DNA of 64,000 nucleotides from the human T2T-CHM13v2.0 reference genome, Homo sapiens: assembly GCF_009914755.1 (NCBI RefSeq), contig NC_060937.1; one strand, written 5' to 3'. Position 1 is the first letter of the stretch. Each line of letters opens with the position of its first letter. Below, piece by piece: positions 59,523 through 64,000 of the stretch. A program made the translations under genes and the position numbers. A model generated the notes under the pieces. It did no database searches, had not been told where the DNA came from, and saw only the letters and a program-made list of their open reading frames with translations.

Positions 59523-59652
59523 GGCTAGGTAGAGTGGCTCACGCCTATAATCCCAGCACTTTAGGGGACCAAGGCAGGAGGATTGCTTGAGCTCAGGAGA
59601 TCGAGACCAGCCTGAGCAACATAGGAAGACCCTGTCTCAAAAAAAAAAAAAA
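59523..59652 (+). mobile_element. FLAM_C
   Basis: Single left monomer with poly-A; TSD-like AAGAATGAGAAGGA / AAGAATAAGCAGGA. Confidence 0.9.
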
Positions 59653-60460
59653 AAGAATAAGCAGGATGTTTGAAATAGAGACTTTAGAGATGCTGTGGTT
59701 TATTAGTGAAGACAGTCCAGGCAGGCTGTGTCCATGGGGACAGATGGCTGAAGTGGGTGGAGAAAGTGACCACTACACTAAGAGGCCAAGAAACCAAGAA
59801 GCTGCAGTCTGTTCCTTTTTTCCCCCACCAGGTATCAAGCGCAGGGCTCTACCTCCAATTGGTTCTTGAGAATTGCTGACTAAATTTTGGGCATGAGGCC
59901 AGGCACAGAGAGAAGAACAGGGAGCAGAAATGAGATTTAGAAATGTGTGTGGAGGGGAGGGAGAAGAGAAGTAAGAGATAAGAGCTATCTCTAAATGCTC
60001 TCCCATCCCCTTGGGTCTGCCTAGAATGCTCCCATTTGTGGAGGTTGACATACTGTAATGGAGCAATCTGAGAACGACATGTTTGACTCAATTCAATTTG
60101 ACCATTTATTGAGCATTACGTTTAGAATGTCAGGCTAGGTGCTAAGAGTCCCTAGTGAAGGTATAGTCTAGTTGGATAGAGGGCGTAAAGCATGCATAAA
60201 AATGTCAGGTAGCTTCTGCTACAAGCCAAATAGTAAATAATTCGCTTTGCCTCCTCTGGGTCAGTGAATCGAATTCCTTGAGAGGTTTGTTTGAAATTGT
60301 GGACTCTCAGGAAGGCCTGTTTTAATATAATGTGGAACTGAGACTGAGGAAGCCACAAATTAGAAACTTGCAAAGTGAGAGAGTTGGATATTTAGTTGGT
60401 AATTATCCTTTGTGCCCCTCTCCCTGCCAAAGTTTTCCTGAAATGTTTCCCAAACCATAC

Positions 60461-61435
60461 AGTATTAGTCAGCGTTTTCTGGAGAAACCAAACCAAAAGG
60501 ACACACGCGCACGCATACACACACACGCACACACACACATGCACATGGGGCCTGATCTGTTTAATTTAATAAATTGCTCATGTGGTGGGTGCTGGCAAGT
60601 TAAAAAACCATAGGGCAGGCTGGTAAGCTGGAAATCCCAGGAAGAGTTTGTGAAAGGAAATTAAATTTGGGGACCGCAAACTCATTTAGCCAAAGGGAAA
60701 AGTCAAGCTGGGAACTGGGTCATGCAAACCTGCCTCCACCTATTGGATACCAAATAAGATGTCTACAAGATGAAGAGCTACCCGCCTGCCCCATATTTTA
60801 CCCACAAGGAAATTGCTAGTGAGCTGTTAAAACTTCACCATGGCAATGCAAATTGATAGCTTACAGGTGTAGTCACCCAGCCTGCCAGACACAGATACAT
60901 ATCTGATTGCTCCCCTACCCCATTTTGTCTGTGTTATCTTATGTAAAATGCAGATTTCCCCCCATTTTTCCTCTGCCCCTTTTGTTTATGTGAAAACTGT
61001 GTGCTTCTCAATATCCCCACCCTTTGCCATTTCCCCTTTAAATTTGGAGCCCTCAAAATCATCTTCAGAGAAAGGCATAGACCTGTCTCCCAGGCGATGT
61101 CCTTAACTTTGGCAAATAAATCTCCAAAAATGATTGAGACTTGTCTCATCATTTTCTTCGATTGACAAGTTGATGTTGTAGTCTTGAGTCCAAATTTTGC
61201 AGGCAACAGATTTGAAACTCAGGAAGGGTTTCCATGTTGAAGTCTTGAGAATTTTTTCTACTTTTGGGGAACCTCAGTCTTTGCTCTTAATCAAGGATTA
61301 CGAAGTCTAATCTGCTTTACTCAATGTTCTTAAATATTAATCTCATCTTAAAAATACCTTCATAGCAACATCTACACTGGTGATTGACCAAACAGTTGGG
61401 CCTAGACAAAGTGACACATACAATTAACCATCACA
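60461..61435 (-). mobile_element. MLT2-family LTR split by an ERV1 LTR; (CA)n at 60501-60545
   Basis: GTATTAGTCAGCGTTTTCT...GACACATACAATTAACCATCACA. Confidence 0.85.
60649..61167 (+). mobile_element. MER4-group ERV1 solo LTR (LTR54-like)
   Basis: TGTGAAAGGAAA..AAAGTCAAGCTGGGAACTGGGTCATGC..AATAAA..GATTGACA; perfect TSD AGTT. Confidence 0.85.
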
Positions 61436-61984
61436 CCTGCCTATAAGATAATCAACATTATGGGAGTCTAAACTCATCAGCTTCCTCTGTGAAATTTTCA
61501 TCTATCTAGAGTCCAAATTTTGTGTTCATGCCTTTTCTGAAGTACTAGACTTTAGGCTCCTTTCTGGTAGGCTCCATTTCTTTAAAGCAGTTTACATTGC
61601 CTTTATATCCATTGCAGTGCCTTACACCAGTCCCCAGGTGCCAGTAAGTGACAAGGGGATGAGGATAAAAATAAGAGCACAGGCTCCGGAGTCAGATATT
61701 CTTGAAATCAAAGTAATTTTAAGCAGTTTATTAAGTGTTCCAACTCTGTGTCCTCAAATATAAAATGAGAACAATCATATATATATTTTTTTAGGATTAT
61801 AGATTTGTTGGAAGGAGAGGCTCTATTTATAATTCATTTTTTATCCTCCCCCAAAACAGCAGAATTTGCTGTGTGTTAGCAGGTTCTGTGCTAAGCACTT
61901 CATGCGCAGGAACTCACTCAGCCTTCAGAACAACCCCGCTGTGCACTCCACCACCATTTCATGGGGAGCAAAGGGGCTCAGAGC

Positions 61985-62260
61985 GTCTCTTAGTCCACTT
62001 GGGCTGCTGTAACAAAATACCATAGACTGGGTGGAACAGAAACAACAGAAATTTATTTCTCACAAATGTAGAGGCTAGAAGTCTGAAATCCTATGGGAGT
62101 TCTCTGGGGTCATTTTTATTAGAGCACTAATCCCATTCACGAGTGCTCTGCTCTCATAACCTGACCACCTCCCAAAGCCCCACCTCCTAATACTATCACC
62201 TTGTGGGTGAGGATTTCAACAGATGAATTATTGGGGGACACAAACATTCAGTGTACAGCA
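61985..62260 (-). mobile_element. MLT1A-type MaLR LTR (internally deleted) inserted in a MIR
   Basis: CTTAGTCCACTTGGGCTGCTGTAACAAAATACCATAGACTGGG...ACAAACATTCAG..AGCA. Confidence 0.85.
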
Positions 62261-64000
62261 GAGAGGGTAAGTCATGTACCTGTGGACACAGAGCTGGAAA
62301 TGATGACATAAATTAGAGCTCAGATTGGCCTGTGGCTCATGCCCATGTGGCCCTCTGCAGAATGCCTTGGCATTTTTTCCGTGGTTCCCTCTGCCACAAA
62401 GGCCCTCCCTTCACCTGGGGCACCTGCTTCTCTTCCAGAGTCAGTTCCTGCCCCACTGCCCCACAGAAGTGTTTTCTGATGTGCTCTTCCTTGGGAAGAC
62501 CTGACCAGGGCAAGGCAAGACAGCGGTGCTAGTTGTGCTCTGGACCGAGAAAGGGGTAGGATGGAAATTCAGCTACTGTTCCTGGCAACTGGTGAGTCTT
62601 TGCCCCAGGCTATGGCTAACAATGAAAGGAAAACCTTATGGTAATCCTAACACCCAGAAGGGTCAGCCTTCACACAGAGACACTTGTAGGCAGTAGCTGG
62701 GCCCTGGGACTGGCCATTCCCTCCTCCACGCCCTGCAAGCACAAGTGCTCAGGAACGTTCACCTCCTGCCTCTCTCTACCACTAGTGATCCTCTGAAGTG
62801 CAGGAGCCACGTCTTAGGTGTTGTTGCTTACTTCTTGTCCAGGACAGGGACTGGCACACTTCTGCTTAGTGTTTGTTAGCAAATGGATAGAGGGAAGACT
62901 GAAGGAAAGAGGAAAATCAGGTGTATTTCTTAAAGTTGGCAAGGTGATTCAATTCCTTTCTTCACACAACAAATATTTATTGAGCACTTGCTATGTGGCA
63001 GTCACAGTTTAGACAATGGGGTTACTGATACTTAAGGTGTTCTGGTTCTGGCACACGAGAAGCTGATTTATTATTTTCCTACCATGTCATACATAGAGGA
63101 AAGCAACAGTCTTGTATCAAGCTGGTTCTTTAAAATACCCTACTAGGTTTCCTGAGGTTTCATGCTTCTAGGCCCCTGATTACTTAACACATTCAAAACA
63201 GAAGAATCTTTTTATGTGCACCAGGAGAAGAAATGGAAAAACACTGACATCCCTGGAAAGTGGGAAATCCAAATTTCAGAATTTCTTCTCCACTGCCACA
63301 TGTTTCCCATTTGTTTGTTTTTCCAAAACACCCATTGCACCTCACCAGCATGGAGCTCAGGCTGGCCTCCAGGCAGGGCTCTTTTCCACAGCATCTGCCC
63401 CTCCCCACCAGAGCAGAAGGCAATGCTAACTGCACCTGGGACCATCATCCAGAGGAGCATCTCTGAGAAGCAAAGTGAATTGTCTGGTCTGAGCAGTTCC
63501 TAAGTGGATTAATGACTAATAACCCTTGGTTCCTAATGACCTGGATGAAATAATACAATTTCCTGGGCTCTGTGGAATTCTGGAGTCTCCAGCTATTAAA
63601 ACCACTACAAAGCACTCTTAGATACTAAATGCATGGTACATTTCACGATGTTGTTTTCTCGGTTCATGAGCTTGTGCATATTTGATTGCACATGCTCACT
63701 TTAAGAGGCACTTACCGCCCCTATCTTCAGCTCTGTTAAATGGAGAAAAGCCAGATAAACTAAGGCATTAGTGGCGCCAAATTAACGTGAGCATCACGTA
63801 AATGCTCATCAATGCCAAGAGGAGCCCATAGTTTCTGCTAGTAAGTAGAAAGTCCCTAATATGAGGAAGATATATTTATAATGTCAAAGGGATCTATTGT
63901 TAGTATCCCTAGTATTGGCTAATGGTAGAAAGGGTGCATAGTTATTTAGCATCTTGGAAATGCAAGTTTCTCATCATTTAGGTATTTTCAAAATGGGACA

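Overview
This is primate, most likely human, non-coding DNA, not prokaryotic sequence. It is dense in Alu, L1, L2, MIR, DNA-transposon and especially LTR/endogenous-retrovirus remnants (about 30 LTR pieces in 64 kb). I find no intact cellular protein-coding gene, RNA gene or CRISPR array, and the ORF track is almost entirely repeat-derived noise. The two largest structures are an apparently full-length, decayed L1MA-type LINE (22548-30658, minus strand) nested in an older L1MB, and a decayed class III (ERVL, LTR47-type) provirus (about 34817-44209, plus strand). The provirus retains gag, RT (YIDD), RNase H, integrase and a gammaretrovirus-type env remnant, and is interrupted by several younger insertions. 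The most unusual observations are: a second PBS/leader copy directly after the proviral 3' LTR; a 190-bp locally templated L1 copy inside a FLAM; a template-switch hairpin in an MST/MLT1A LTR; two MLT2 LTRs interrupted at nearly the same position; and a solo LTR7. Subfamily names come from remembered consensus sequences, not a database search. Coordinates were read by eye and may be a few bases off.
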